A stretch of 64,000 nucleotides of DNA, from assembly GCF_009914755.1 (NCBI RefSeq), contig NC_060931.1; one strand, given 5' to 3'. The DNA is from the human T2T-CHM13v2.0 reference genome, Homo sapiens. A program made the position numbers and the translations under genes. The notes beneath the pieces were generated by a model. That model ran no database searches. It was not told the origin of the DNA and saw only the letters and a list, made by a program, of their open reading frames with translations. Shown here one piece after another: positions 26,612 through 44,697 of the stretch (its first letter is position 1; the number at the start of each line of letters is the position of its first letter).

Positions 26612-27530
26612 CTCCTGGCCAAGTTCTCTTCCTGCCAGGGTCTCGGCCTCTCCCTGTAGATGGAAGCCCACGTCCCACTGTTCAGAAACTGGGGACCCAC
26701 TGTGCCCACGGGAAGCATGTATGGAGAACAGCTCCAGGCTGGCCAAAACCACCCCTCCCTGATTCCAAATCAGGACTCCAGCTGGCAGCCCCTATGCCCC
26801 AAAACAAAGACAGGAGGATCTATGGAAAAATGGAAAGAGTTCTAAAGTTTACTCTTGGGGACAAGAAGCTCAGGGTCTTCCATCCTACAGGAAATCATGT
26901 GGAGTCCTCGTGATTACCTCACTGTGTGGCAGCTGGACCCCTGGGCACAGTGGGGGCTGAGCCAAGGTCTGAGAGAGCTGGGATAGGTAACTAACTGTGT
27001 GCTCGTCCCCAAGTGGAGCTTCCCAGGATACCCAGATCTCATGCCCAAGGCCGCTGTTTGGATTGTGCAGCCATCACAGGAATACTCACAGTGTGAGTGC
27101 CCTCGAGCCATTTTATTGAGGGTGAAGTCCGTGAGACTGGGAGGGCATCCCCTCAGCGTAGAAGAGCACCCCGTGGGCAGTGGCTCTGCTTCCCCAGAGG
27201 CTGCAGGGTGCAGGGTCGGTGCTGACAGTGGGGAGGGGGCAGGATTGACCTAGCCCTATCTCTCCTGGCTGTGTGACCTTGGACTCAACATTTCTTCTCA
27301 CAGTACGAACACAAATGAAGCACCAGCCATGGCCCTTCATGGGGCTGTAGTTACAGTTGATGAGATACAGTGAAGACAAGTGTGTCACGGGAGTGGGCAG
27401 GTACTGTTGACCCCGAGAAGACCCCAAATGCTGTTCCCTCCTGGCAAGCTCTCCTGCTGCCAGGGTCTCAGCCTCTCTCTGTGAATGAAAGCCCAAGCAC
27501 CGCCATTCAAGAATACAAGGAGGTCCCCAC
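26612..27530. repeat. Diverged direct repeat (26612-26700 vs 27438-27530)
   Basis: ctcctggccaagttctcttcctgccagggtctcggcctctccctgtagatggaagccca vs ctcctggcaagctctcctgctgccagggtctcagcctctctctgtgaatgaaagccca. Confidence 0.85.
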
Positions 27531-27616
27531 TCCAGGAGGGGGGGATTTAGGGTGTAAGTTAGCATCAGAGTCCACAGCTTTGTTAAGTGACCTGTTCTGG
27601 CCACCTCCTATCTGCC

Positions 27617-28110
27617 CTGTTGGTAAACAAGGGATTCCCTGCCCTAAATAGTATGAGATGGCTGAACATACAACATTGGACAATGGCAGATGAGATTGGC
27701 AGCAGTTTATTCGCCACCTGCCTTCACAGCCTGGGGGAGGAGGACACAGCACGCCATGCAGGGCATACGAGGGTTGCAGCCGGGAGTGGCACCAGGAGCT
27801 GAGCCAACAGCAGGGGCTGTGGGAGGCAGCTTTATAGTGACAAAGGGTGTGGTATCCCTGGTTCCTGCAGGAGGCTGTGATTGGCTTGTTTGAATAAATA
27901 CGTGGGCTGGCTGGGTACTGAAACCCATTAGGCTGAAGACCAGGTGCAATGCGGCTGTTCTGACCAATAGGAAACTAGCCAGGTGGGGAGCTTTTCTCCC
28001 TGGGTGGGAAAGAGCATGTCTGGAGAGAGCTGGGGAATTCGTGGTTAGGCCTTTGGGACTCAAAGATGTCAAGACAGCCCTTGCATTGTGGGCCTTATAA
28101 TAAAGTGCTT
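27617..28110 (-). mobile_element. ERVL-class solo LTR (LTR42-like)
   Basis: cagatgagattggcagcagtttatt...ggggaggaggacac...gcaggggctgtgggaggcag...gtgattggcttgtttgaataa recalled from an ERVL LTR consensus. Confidence 0.6.
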
Positions 28111-28670
28111 CAGGCCCTGTGCCCAATCTCACTAACCTTTGCAACATCCCTGTGAGTTACATTTCACAGATGAGGAAACTGAGGCAGGGTATGAACCAAG
28201 ACCACCCAGGTCAGGTTTTGTACCCAGGTCTCCTGACTCCACAGTACATGCTGTCTGTGTCTGTCAGGGAAGACACCTGTAAGCTGTAATCACTTCCCAA
28301 AGCTGGCGCAGCGAGTGGCACTGTCTCCGGATGCCCTGGAAGTTCTCTGCCCTTTTCAGAAGAGGATTCTCTGCAGCTTTGTTTCTAGTTGGGATGTAAT
28401 TGAACAGAACCTCAGACCCTCTTTGGTGCCTATTGATTGCAGATTGTGGAGCTGGTAAATGGATTTGCATATTAAGTCAATGATATTTCTATTCTGAAGG
28501 TCAAGGCTTCCGAGTGTGGAGTTGAGCTGACCAGATTGGTGGGGAGACCTGGGTTCCAGCCTAGCCCAGCCCCTCCCTCACTTTGTGGCTTTGGGCAACC
28601 TTTCCTCCTCTGGGTTCAGACTTCTCAGCAGTAACCAGAGGGGACTAGATGGGCCTGAAGACGCTTTCAG

Positions 28671-28829
28671 TTTTGTTTTGAGATGGGATCTTGCTCTGTT
28701 GCTTAGCCCAGAATGCAGTGGTGCAAACATAGGTCACTGCAGCCTCGAACTCCTGGCTTCAAGCAATCGTCCCACCTCAGCCTCCTAAAGTGTTACGATT
28801 ACAGGTGTGAGCCATCCTGCCCAGGTGGC
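28671..28829 (-). mobile_element. FRAM (free right Alu monomer)
   Basis: Monomeric antisense Alu; TSD ctttcagttt. Confidence 0.85.
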
Positions 28830-29276
28830 CTTTCAGTTTCATTGGGCGATGAATCCTCAAAGTCTTTACGTGTGGAATAAAAGGTCCTATGCATGCAGGC
28901 AGAGGATTAGAAGGCAAGTGGTGGGAGGACATTTTTGCTCCTGTGGAGTCGGGAAGAGTCATGTTGACTTCGTCTTTTGGGGTTAATAGATGGTAAGATG
29001 GTAGGAGTGTAAGTCTGAATCTTTCCCCAGCCCCCAACCCAGCCCAGCCTCGCCTGCCTTAAGAAATTGACCGTACTTTGCTGGCTAAGGCCTATTTCCA
29101 GAAAGTGCTCTGAGGACAGAAAAGTCTGTGAAATTTTGCCACCTGGTTTTTAGAGCCCTGGAGCCCTGAAGTTGTCAGCCCAAACCCAGCTCAGCCAGGC
29201 AGACCCTCACCTCCAGACCCATCTCTTGGGGCATGGGCATTTGCTACACCTTTTAATGTCTTCCTTCCCCTCCTGT

Positions 29277-29630
29277 AGGGTTGCTGGATTTAGCAAATAA
29301 ATGCCCAGTGAAATTTTAATTTCAGATAAATACAATTATTATTTTTTTAGACACAGGGTCTTGTTCTTTTGCACAGGCTGGAGTGCAGTGGTGCAATCAC
29401 AGCTCATTGCAGCTGCAAACTCCTGGGCTCAAGTGATCCTCCTGCCTCAGCCTCCTGAGTAGCTGGGACTACAAGTGCCTCACCCTGCTCGGCTAATTGC
29501 AAAAAAAAAAATTGTAGAGACAGTGTCTTGTCATGTTGCCCAGGCTGGTCTCCCAAAGTGCTAGGATTACAGGTGTGAGCCACTGCACCCAGTGTCAAAC
29601 AAGTTTTAATATAAATATGTCTCAAGATTC
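29277..29630. mobile_element. MER53 fragment split by an Alu
   Basis: agggttgctggatttagcaaataaa...cccagtgaaatttt..tttcagataaa. Confidence 0.7.
29342..29592 (-). mobile_element. Alu (AluJ) with internal deletion
   Basis: Antisense Alu joining ggctggtctc directly to ccaaagtgct. Confidence 0.9.
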
Positions 29631-30854
29631 CCTGTTCCTAGGACCCAGAACCTGTCCTTATCCGGAATCTGTCTCCTCTGTCCTCAGCCTCTTGCACTTT
29701 GAAGGCCCAGGGTTTCTTCCGCCTCCAGGGACAGGAGTGTGTCAGCTTGGCCCAGGGACTTGGTATATGTCTGTATGATGCTGATAAAACAAAAAATAAT
29801 AACAGCAGCTGAGAAAGCTGAGTTCCAAGCTCATATCACCAGGGGTGGGCTGGATTTGAACCTGAGTTTTTGTGTCGTTTTGTGCTCTTCTTTCAGCGCC
29901 AGGGTAGATTTACAGAGTCAGCTCACAAGAGAGGAATCTGGTGCAAACCTGCAGGCTTATTGCCGTGGGTCAGGTGGCAGCGCCGCGGTGTGTGCTGAGA
30001 GCAGCGGGTGGGCCCTGTCCCTGTGCAGGGCCAACCAGCCCACCATGACGTATTCAGGCTGCAGGCCAGATTGCTTTGCAGGGGTTGTGTTTGATTCCAC
30101 CTCTCAGTCTGCCGACAAATGCAAGTCCTCGTGACTTCCCCTTTGGTGGCCTGGGCTGTTACTGAACCATCTGCTCCCTAGCTGGGCTTGCAGCTGGGAG
30201 TTCATGCATGATAGGAACTTTTCCTGCCAGCGTTTGGCGTTTGAAGCCAACCTGATGGGTTGGGATGCAGTGATGTCCTCCATATTTCGGGGAGGTGAAG
30301 ACAGGCTCCTATGTGGGTACTCGTCCAAATTCCATTTGGGGCTTCATGACTTCCAGACATCTCCACTAAAATTGGGGTAAGGAAGTGGGAGCGTGAATTT
30401 TAAATCTCATTTTGGAGATGAGGCTAAATTAACTTCTCTGAGATGACACAGTGCGTAGCTAGAGAGCCTCAGGCCTGACTTCACACTTACTCTTCCTTCT
30501 GGAGTCATGATCTCTCATATCTGTGGCCATTCCTTGGAGGTAGAGCCTGCAAATAAAGGCTGTCACCCTGGCTGCATATGAGAATCACTTAGGGAGGTTT
30601 ACAAATGCTCAGGTTCAACCTCCAGAGATTCTGATTTAGTTCATCTGGGTGCTGCCAGGCACCAGTGGGTAGTGAAAGCTCCCAGATGATTCTAAGGAGC
30701 ACACAGGGCTAAGGGTCATCACTGAGGAAGTGAGAGATGGCGTCGGCCAGGGGCTCCCAGACCTTACTGCACATTGGAATCATGGGGGATCTTTAAAAAT
30801 ACTGACAGCTTGCTCCCTCCCCCGGACATTCTGATTTGATTAGTGTAAAAATCA

Positions 30855-31159
<305 letters not shown>

Positions 31160-31163
31160 TTTA

Positions 31164-31493
<330 letters not shown>

Positions 31494-31599
31494 CTAATAT
31501 TCAGCAAAGTTTGAAAACCATTGGCACAGGATAGGGGCCTTGCTCCTCTGAGTGTGGTCAGCAGACCAGCAGCAACCAGGTCACCCAAGAGCTTATTAG

Positions 31600-31944
<345 letters not shown>

Positions 31945-32534
31945 TAAAATGTGGCCTAGGGAATGATATGATGATGAGGCAAATAAGGGTGTAATGTTCA
32001 AGCCAATCCCTCTGCTCATTCATTTATGCAGTCATTTTACTGACAATCACTGACTACACTGTGTATCACTGTGCTAGCACACGCCGGGTGCTGCGTATTC
32101 AAAAAGGAACAAAGCCAGGGGTGAGGCAGGCACACAGCTCTTGGTTATAACACAAGGGTAATACCAGCACCTATGGAAGCTTGCAGAGCACACTGTGCGA
32201 GAGAGCACAGGAATGTGCCCTTCACTGCCTAGGAAGCAAAGGAATCGTCTCGCAGGGCCTGGGATGTTCAGAGGTAACAGATGCTCAGGACAGCTGCAGG
32301 AGAGGTGAGCAGTACAGGATGATGAAGGGCGCCCGTGTCCTTCAGAGGAGCCTTGGCATTCGCTGTGGACAATGAGGTGCCTCTGGAGACTTTAGATAAG
32401 AAGGAGAAGAATGTTATGAGTCAGACTGGCCTTTGTGGTAGAGAACTCTAGAAGAGAAAGTGGAAGAACTGGAATAGAGAAAACCTGGTGGTCATCGACA
32501 ACAGTAGTTGGGACTCAGAAAGAATCCAGAGGCT

Positions 32535-32688
32535 GGCTGGGTGTGTGGTGGCTCACACCTGTAATCTCAGTGCTTTGGGAGGCCTAGCAGGGAGGATTGC
32601 TTGAGGCCAAGAGTTCAAGACCAGCCTGAGAAACATAGTGCGACTCCATCTCTACAAAAAAAAAGAAAAAATAAACGAAACAAAAAAA
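32535..32688 (+). mobile_element. FLAM
   Basis: Left monomer with A tail; TSD aagaatccagaggc. Confidence 0.88.
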
Positions 32689-32899
32689 GAATCCAGAGGC
32701 CTCTTGATGAGGAGGATGGCAGAGGGGGTGGAGAGGAGGGCCAGGTTCAGGAGATGGTTCTGAGAGAGGATCTAGGTCCACAGGATTTAGGCAGATTGCA
32801 TACAGGGTGAGAAGGAGTGAGGATGAGCATGACTCCCAGATGTGTAGTTCAGGCAACTTCGTGGAGGTGGCACCATTCAGTGAGATAAAGAACTCTGGA

Positions 32900-33267
<368 letters not shown>

Positions 33268-34242
33268 TCAGGACTGGAGCTGAGAAGCCGAGGCTGGAAG
33301 TAGATCAGGGTGTCAGCAGCATCCAGGGGGCTGCTGAAGCCATAGGAGTGAGTGGAGTAACTTAGGGTGGGAAAGGGAGAGGAGAACAGACACTGGGACC
33401 ACATTATTCAAAGGTGGATTGGAGGAAGAAGAAAAGGAGAAGTGGGGAGGGAGGTTGGAGAGTGGGAAGGAGCCAGCGAAGACAAAACTTGAAAGAACGG
33501 ATCAGAAGAGGAAACAGAACTCCTGGAAACAAAAACACATTCAGGAGGAAGAGCATGACTGTGGAGTAAAGTGCTGCAGAGAATGTAAGCAGGAGATGGG
33601 GACTAGCAATGGGGTTTGATAATGAGGCCATTAGCCAGTTTCTGAGCTAAGAGGAAAAAGTTAAGTGGTTAAAGATGCAGAGGGAGAGAAGGTAACTACA
33701 GAGCTGCATCTCCAGGCGCTGGGAGTAGATGGGATTCAGAGCACATAGAGGAATGAATCTTGGAAAGCAGAGGGAGATGGACGTTGTTCCCATCAGTGTT
33801 CTCTGACAAGGCACAAAGGCGTCTGCTGACAGCTGGGAGGAAATGCTGGGCTGGGCGGCCTGAGTCGGTGGCTGGGCCTCTGCGGAGTGGGACAGAGGTG
33901 GGAGATGGGGCCCCTGTCTGCAGTGGCCCCAGCAGCCTGCATTGCATTGTATTTTTTCCAGCTACAGAGGCTCAGGAGGTGAGCAGAATGAAGGTGGGTG
34001 GTTTCCCTCAAGTTTGGGGATTAGGCAAACTAAAGGGCAAGAAAGGAAGGACAAGGGTGCTGTGAGAGCACCACTGGCGCCACCATATTCAGGGTCAAAT
34101 TTCCCTGCCCTTTGTCTCAGGAAGGTCAAATGCAGGGGCAGTCACCCCCACTCAATGAACCTTCTTCCTGGGGGATGTTGGCTAATGGGCTGCTGGTCCC
34201 TCAGCTGGGCTAGTTCTGTTTGGAAGGAGGAAGCCCCACAGA

Positions 34243-34336
34243 TGTCCCCAGAGGCAGCTTCTGCTCTGTGTCCCCAGAGGCAGCTTCTGCTCTGTGTCCC
34301 CAGAGGCAGCTTCTTCTCTGTGTCCCCAGAGGCAGC
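34243..34336. repeat. Minisatellite, 26-bp unit x ~3.6
   Basis: tgtccccagaggcagcttctgctctg repeated near-perfectly. Confidence 0.97.
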
Positions 34337-34644
34337 CTCCAGCCCAGACGGCTGTAGAGAATGGAGACCAGCAGGCTCACCTGCCCCAGGGTTGACTCTC
34401 CAGCTCCTGAAGGAATCCGGGGATCCCGGGGTTGGAAGAGACCTTAGTGAACAACTAGTCCAGTGGTTCTCAGGCAGTGGTGACCCCTATAGGCATTTTG
34501 GACATATGTGGGGATATGTCTAAAATGGCACAACAATTAGAAGAATGCTCCCCATATTTAGTAGGTATAGGCCAGGTATGCCTGGCCTTGTGCAATGCAC
34601 AATTCAATCCTGCACAGCAAATTCTGTCCCTTACTCCCATGGCT

Positions 34645-34950
34645 TTATTTACTTCTTTATTTATTTATTGAGAGACAGGGTCTGGCTCTGTTACTCAGGC
34701 TGGAGTGCAGTGGCACCATCATAGCTCACTATAACCTCAAACTCACAGGCTCAAGCCATCTTCCTGTCTCGACCTCCTGGGTAGCTGGAACTACAGACAG
34801 ATGCCACCATACCCAACTAATTTTTTCTTTTTTTTGTAGAGATGAGGTCTTGCTATGCTGCCCAGGCTGGTCTCAAACTCCCGGCCTCAAGCAGTCTCCC
34901 CACCTCTGCCTCCCAAAGCACTGGGATTACAGGCATGAGCTATTGTGCCT
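34645..34950 (-). mobile_element. Alu (AluJ)
   Basis: Antisense Alu; TSD ctcccatggctt. Confidence 0.93.
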
Positions 34951-35073
34951 ATCCTCCCATGGCTTCTGAATGCCTTGCCAAGCAGTAAAAACGTGTCCAG
35001 ACTCTCTGTGAACTATGGTTAACAGAAACAGTTTAATTGTCTAGGAATGTTTCTGTATATAAATCAAGGAGTA

Positions 35074-35199
35074 CTGAGCATGGTGTATGCCTGTAATCCC
35101 AGCTACTTGCAAGGCTGAGGTGAGAGGATCGCTTGAGCCCAGGAATTTGAATCCTGCCTGGGGAACATAGCAAGACCCCGTCTCTAACAACAAAAAAAA
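35074..35199 (+). mobile_element. Alu monomer (FLAM-type)
   Basis: gcctgtaatcccagctact...gatcgcttgagcccagga...agcaagaccccgtctct. Confidence 0.85.
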
Positions 35200-35694
35200 C
35201 GTAGCCATAATGTTAGTTCCAGAAAAGTCGAGAGATTGTATGTCAAAACTTTACTAAGAGTTGTGTGTCATTTTGGAAAATCACATCTCTGAAGGCAAAG
35301 CTCCCAACAGTAATTGAGTGATTAAAACAACACCACTGTATCAGTCTACATTTGCATCACATGCATTCATGATGATTCTACATATAGACGCAAGCACGTC
35401 ATTATTTCATTCTATTATGCATAATCATGCCTGAAGGTTTACATGTTGAAAAGCATATTCTTATAAATTATGTCATTTTAGTTTTATATATCAGTTAGGG
35501 AATTCTATTGATTTTTAAAAATATGTCAGTTTTTAAAAAGTAGGGTTTTACTCTGTTACTTTATTTCAGGATAATAAGAGGATATTATCAAATATTTGCT
35601 ATAAAAGAGGGTGTTTTTATTCTGGCGGTTATAAAAGGATCTCGTTACAATCTCTCACTCGGTGAGTTGAATTCTCTCTATAGCAGCTCTAACA

Positions 35695-35920
35695 ACTGGC
35701 TGCCCAGCTCTGCTTGAATATCTTCAGGGCAGGGAACTCATCCCCTCTCCAGGTCATCTGTCCCATCATCAGGGAGCTGGCTGTTAGAAAGGGATCGCAC
35801 ACAAGGAGCTGAACCTGTCATTGAGCATCTCCCACCTCTGACTGGTCCTGGTCATGCCTTTCAAGGCTACACAGAACAAGTCAGCTCTTCTACATGAGAT
35901 ATCCTTAATACTTGTAGATG
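35695..35920 (-). mobile_element. CR1/L3 fragment
   Basis: ccagctctgcttgaatatcttc...gggaactca...ctgttagaaag...acacagaacaagtc. Confidence 0.65.
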
Positions 35921-35922
35921 AC

Positions 35923-36335
35923 TGCATTAGTCCATTTTTGCATAACTGTAAAGAGATACCTGAGACTGGGTAATTTATAAAGAAAAGAGGTTTAATCGGT
36001 TCATGGTTCTGCAGGCTGTAAGAGAAACATGGCAGCATCTGCTCAGCTTCTGGGGATGCCTCAGGAAACTTACATGGAGGAAAGTGAAGGGGGAAGCAGG
36101 CACATCTTATGTGGCTGGAGCATGAGGAAGAGAGAGAGGGGAGGTGCCACACACTTGTAAACAACCAGATTTCCTGAGAACTCTATCATGAGAATAGCAC
36201 CAAAGGATGGTGCTAAACCATTCATGAAGGATGCACCCCCACAATCCAATCACCTCCCACCAGGCCCTACCTCCAACATGGGGTATTACAATTGAATGTG
36301 CCATTTGGGTGAGGACACAGATCCAAACCATAACA
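35923..36335 (-). mobile_element. MST (MSTA/B) MaLR solo LTR
   Basis: tgcattagtccatt...tacctgagactgggtaatttataaagaaaagaggtttaat...gacacagatccaaaccataaca; TSD atgac/gtgac. Confidence 0.92.
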
Positions 36336-36619
36336 GTGACTCTTTACCCCATGCCCCCCCACTACTCTCTTCTCTTCTCCAGACAGAATTCACCATTCTG
36401 TATGTGACATTCTTGTGCCTCCTTGTTATCCTGGCCAATCCAGGCACTGTACTAAGCATGAGGGATTCAGAGAGACCAGTAGGTTCAATTCCGTTCAATG
36501 TTTATTTTACAGATTGTTGACTGACCTATGCCATTCACTGTGCTCAGCTCTATGGACACAAAGATGATTTAGAAGCAGCTGTTGTCCCTGGGAGCTCAGC
36601 CAGCAGTGAAACAGTCCCA

Positions 36620-38905
<2,286 letters not shown>

Positions 38906-38927
38906 CTCAAATCAAAATGTGCTCAGT

Positions 38928-39059
38928 GGTCAGGCATGGTGGCTCATACTTGTAATCCTAGCACTTTGGGAGACCAAGGCAGAAGGATTGCTTGAGCTCA
39001 GGAGTTATTGACCAGCCTGGGCAACGTAGTGAGACCTCAGCTCTACATAAAATTAAAAA
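38928..39059 (+). mobile_element. FLAM / Alu left monomer
   Basis: Monomeric Alu sequence. Confidence 0.85.
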
Positions 39060-39061
39060 GC

Positions 39062-40180
<1,119 letters not shown>

Positions 40181-41245
40181 TAATGCCCTAGATAAGGTTG
40201 AATATCTTTTCATCTATTCCTGAGTCATTTTTGTTTCCCTTTCTGTGAAATACCTATTTTGGGTTTCAATCATTTTTCTATTTCTATTAAATTTAAAGCT
40301 AGATCCATTGTCTAGCTGAATGATAAAACTATAGAAAAATATGATGAAACTCCCACCAGAGTAAGGAGCACTTACATGAAGTATTAAATAAAGCAGTTAA
40401 ATAGGAAAAAGGAAATGAAGCACCAAATTAGAAAACAGGAAGTAATTTTGTATCAGTAATATGAAATGAGTGATTTCATAACTTGAAATCCCAAGATAGT
40501 CAATGGGAAAAAATATAAATAGTAAGAATTCTATACAATTTCTGATATGAAATTAATATGGCAAATTAATAGCACTCCCACATAAAACAATAGGAAGTTT
40601 AAAAATACAATGGAAGGTGAAAACCAATTGTAATAACAATGAACGTGCAAGGTTCATGTGAAGAATTTTAAAACATTATTGAGGAACATAATAGAAGAAC
40701 TTGTGAAATGGAAATAAGAAACTCCATTCTTGAATTGGAAAATGTTGATCCGAAGTATTATAAAGTTGTTAATTCTTCTAAATTATGCTTTACACTTAAA
40801 TACCTAGATAACTCTTTTCTTGCAACCAGACAAGCTTATTCTTAAGTTTATACAGAAAAATAAATATGCACAAATATCCAGGAAGTTTTCTTTAAAAAAA
40901 AAAAAACCCATGAGATGAGATCAGTTTCATCATATATGAAAACATAATTAAAATAGAGAAGTACGTAGGAATATTTGGTCAGATCAACAGAACAGAATGA
41001 AGAGCTCAGAAATAGACCCAAATTTATGTGGGAATTTAGTGTGTCGTAAAATGGCATCTCATATCAGAGGGGAAAAGACAGGTGGTGCAATATATAGGGC
41101 TGGGACAGCGGAAGATACATTAGGAGAAAAGATGATTCCCACATTACTCTTTACATCAAAATAATGGAGAAAATATTCAAGTTAAAGCTGAAGTCATAAA
41201 AGCACTAGAAGAAAACACGGAGCATAGACACACACCAACACCCCT

Positions 41246-41247
<2 letters not shown>

Positions 41248-41278
<31 letters not shown>
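41248..41278. repeat. (CA)n microsatellite
   Basis: About 15 AC units. Confidence 0.95.
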
Positions 41279-41280
<2 letters not shown>

Positions 41281-41329
41281 GTCTTGGAGTAAAGAAAGAC
41301 TCATGAAGCCATAACACACACAAAAATTA

Positions 41330-41713
<384 letters not shown>

Positions 41714-41847
41714 TTATGATAAATTCAGAAAAGATATTTAGAAGCATACGTGGCAGACAAATGACTACTTTTTTCTATATAAATAATTTTGTATAGATAC
41801 AGGGTACCTTTGAAAGGACACATACATGTATCCCCCCCTTAGGTATC

Positions 41848-41972
41848 TCTCCCTCCCTCCTTCCCTTTCCTCCCTTCCTTCCTTCCTCCCTCCCTTCCTG
41901 CCTTCCTTCCTCCTTTCCTCCCTTCCTCCTTTCCTCCCTTCCTCCCTTCCTCCCTTCTTCTCTTCCTTCCCT
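41848..41972. repeat. (CCTT/CCCT)n polypyrimidine tract
   Basis: About 125 bp of almost pure C/T; potential H-DNA. Confidence 0.95.
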
Positions 41973-42697
41973 CAAATGAGGAGAAAACAGCATTCATGTT
42001 ATCCCAGCACCTTTTCTTGAACAGCACCTTCTTTCCCTCACCAACTTGAAATGCCAATTGGATTTTATATTCTGCTCCTTTGATCTGTCTGTTTCCTCTG
42101 ACACCAGAATTTTACTGCTGCAATTACTACAGATTTAAAATATACCTTTTTCATACTTGGTATGACAAGTGTGCCCTGTTCTAATTCAGTCTTTTTCCCC
42201 GACATTTTCTTATTAATTTCCTCATACTTATTCATCCAGATTAATGTGAGATTCATTTTATCAAATTCTACTCAAAACTCAATTGAGATTTTGATTGCAA
42301 TTATGGGAAATGCATTAGGTGAATTTGGGCAAGACTGACATTTTTACAATATCAAGTCTCCTCATCTTGAAACAAAGTATGGCCTCCTCTTAATTCAAAT
42401 TATTCAGTAAAGCATAAGGGCTTTTCTGTACGGGGTCTTGCACTCTTCTTGTTAAAATTCTTCCCTAATATTTTATATTTTAGTTGCTACTATGAATGAA
42501 ATTCTCTTTCCCATTCTATTTTCAGGTTGGTTGTTGCCACTGTGTTCAAAAGCTAAGAAAATTATCTACATTTATTTTATAACTGCCTTATTGAACTCTC
42601 TTATTAATTATAAATTTCACTTGATCTTCAGATTTTCTGTGGAGTAAATCGGGTTTTTGACTCCCTCTTTATAATAATTAAATCACATTTTTTTTAA

Positions 42698-43024
<327 letters not shown>

Positions 43025-43309
43025 TGACTAGAACTCACTTTCAAACAACATTTCATGACAGCGTTCATCAAGGAAATTCTTATGCATTCACAGGTCAGAG
43101 TTTTATCTTTAAGTATAATGTTAGCTCTTGGTTTAGATTTGTTCTTTATCCTGCTTTGGGATTATCTCTTTATTGCTAGTTTAGTAAGAATATTTTTTTA
43201 AAAAAAGTGTATTGGATTTTATCAAATGTCCTTTGGGCTTCTATCAAATGATGGTATGATTTTCTCCTTTCATCTATTCATGAGATAAATTGCATTAAGA
43301 GATTTCCCA

Positions 43310-43670
<361 letters not shown>

Positions 43671-43779
43671 TCATTATGTTATTATTTTTATTATTCTTCT
43701 GCTGAATTCTATTTGTAATATTTTATTTTTGTTCTCACTAATGTTGGTATCTGAGAATATAGATTGCTCTTCCAAAAAG

Positions 43780-44400
43780 CTTAGCTGAGATGGGGAGAAA
43801 AGAGAGGGCCAGAACTCTAGCGAGACCCAGGGTGGAGGAAGTGGACATTGCGAGCATATTAATAGGCTTTGGGGATGTAGCCAAGAGGAGGAAGAACTTG
43901 GGGATATGAGAGAAGGAGGAGAGCAACGAGGCACCAGGGGAGAGAGACGGCAGCAGGGCCAGCACACCAGTGTCCTGGGGCCACCAGCAGGAAGAGAACA
44001 GAACCATCACCTGGACTGTTCTGGAATGAAGGAGGGCAAGGCGGGTGGCATAGATTAAATCTGCAGAGGGTACAACGACGTCAGAGCAGGGCACAGCTGG
44101 AAGCTTTGGTGGGCGTCAGGGCTGTGGGAGCAAGATTGTCTGCAGGGTTGGTAGGTGAGGACTTGAGGCAGATTATGAACATTGAAAACAGTTGCCAAGA
44201 GAAGTGGGGACAACCCAGAGGATTGCCAGGGGGTGCAGAGGCCCCAATGAGGTTAAAAACCATGGCTTTAGGTGGCATCAGTTTGCAAGGTTTTTCATTA
44301 TTCCTCTTAGAGACACTGTGGGAGTGGGGCTGATCCAGACTGGGTGTTGATGGATGAGTGTGGAAGGCAGACAGCGAGGCCAGGGAGTTGCGCAGGTCCC
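43780..44400 (-). mobile_element. L2 fragment
   Basis: Purine-rich antisense L2-like sequence. Confidence 0.55.
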
Positions 44401-44697
44401 ATGTCAGCCAGGGAACGGCAAGGAGCAGAAGAGGACACACACAGCACGCAGGCCTCTCTGCAAGACGCTATCATAGTTTGTCTTTGCTTTATATTTCCAC
44501 CTTGAGGCAAAATTTTCCATTTCTGCCCTGTCACAAAACAAACAGGATGCACCATGGCTTAAGCTAGATCACTTATGTAACGGATTCCATGCTCTGCCAC
44601 GTTCTTGACAGTTACAAAACGTCTGTGCTGCTGGGACATCATGTTGGGACAACAGGATGTGTGTGCTAATGTGGAGGGCATTCTGGGACAGGGGGTG

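Larger units (their letters stand above)
34461..35640. mobile_element. MER20B hAT element, split by an Alu and an Alu monomer
   Basis: cagtggttctca...ggcattttgga; aactttactaagagttgt; tgtatcagtctacatttg; gattctacatatag; tttcaggata. Confidence 0.8.

Noticed and set aside
41775-42057. E/G/R/K-rich and L/P/S/F-rich ORFs
   Set aside because: Translations of the (CCTT)n low-complexity tract.
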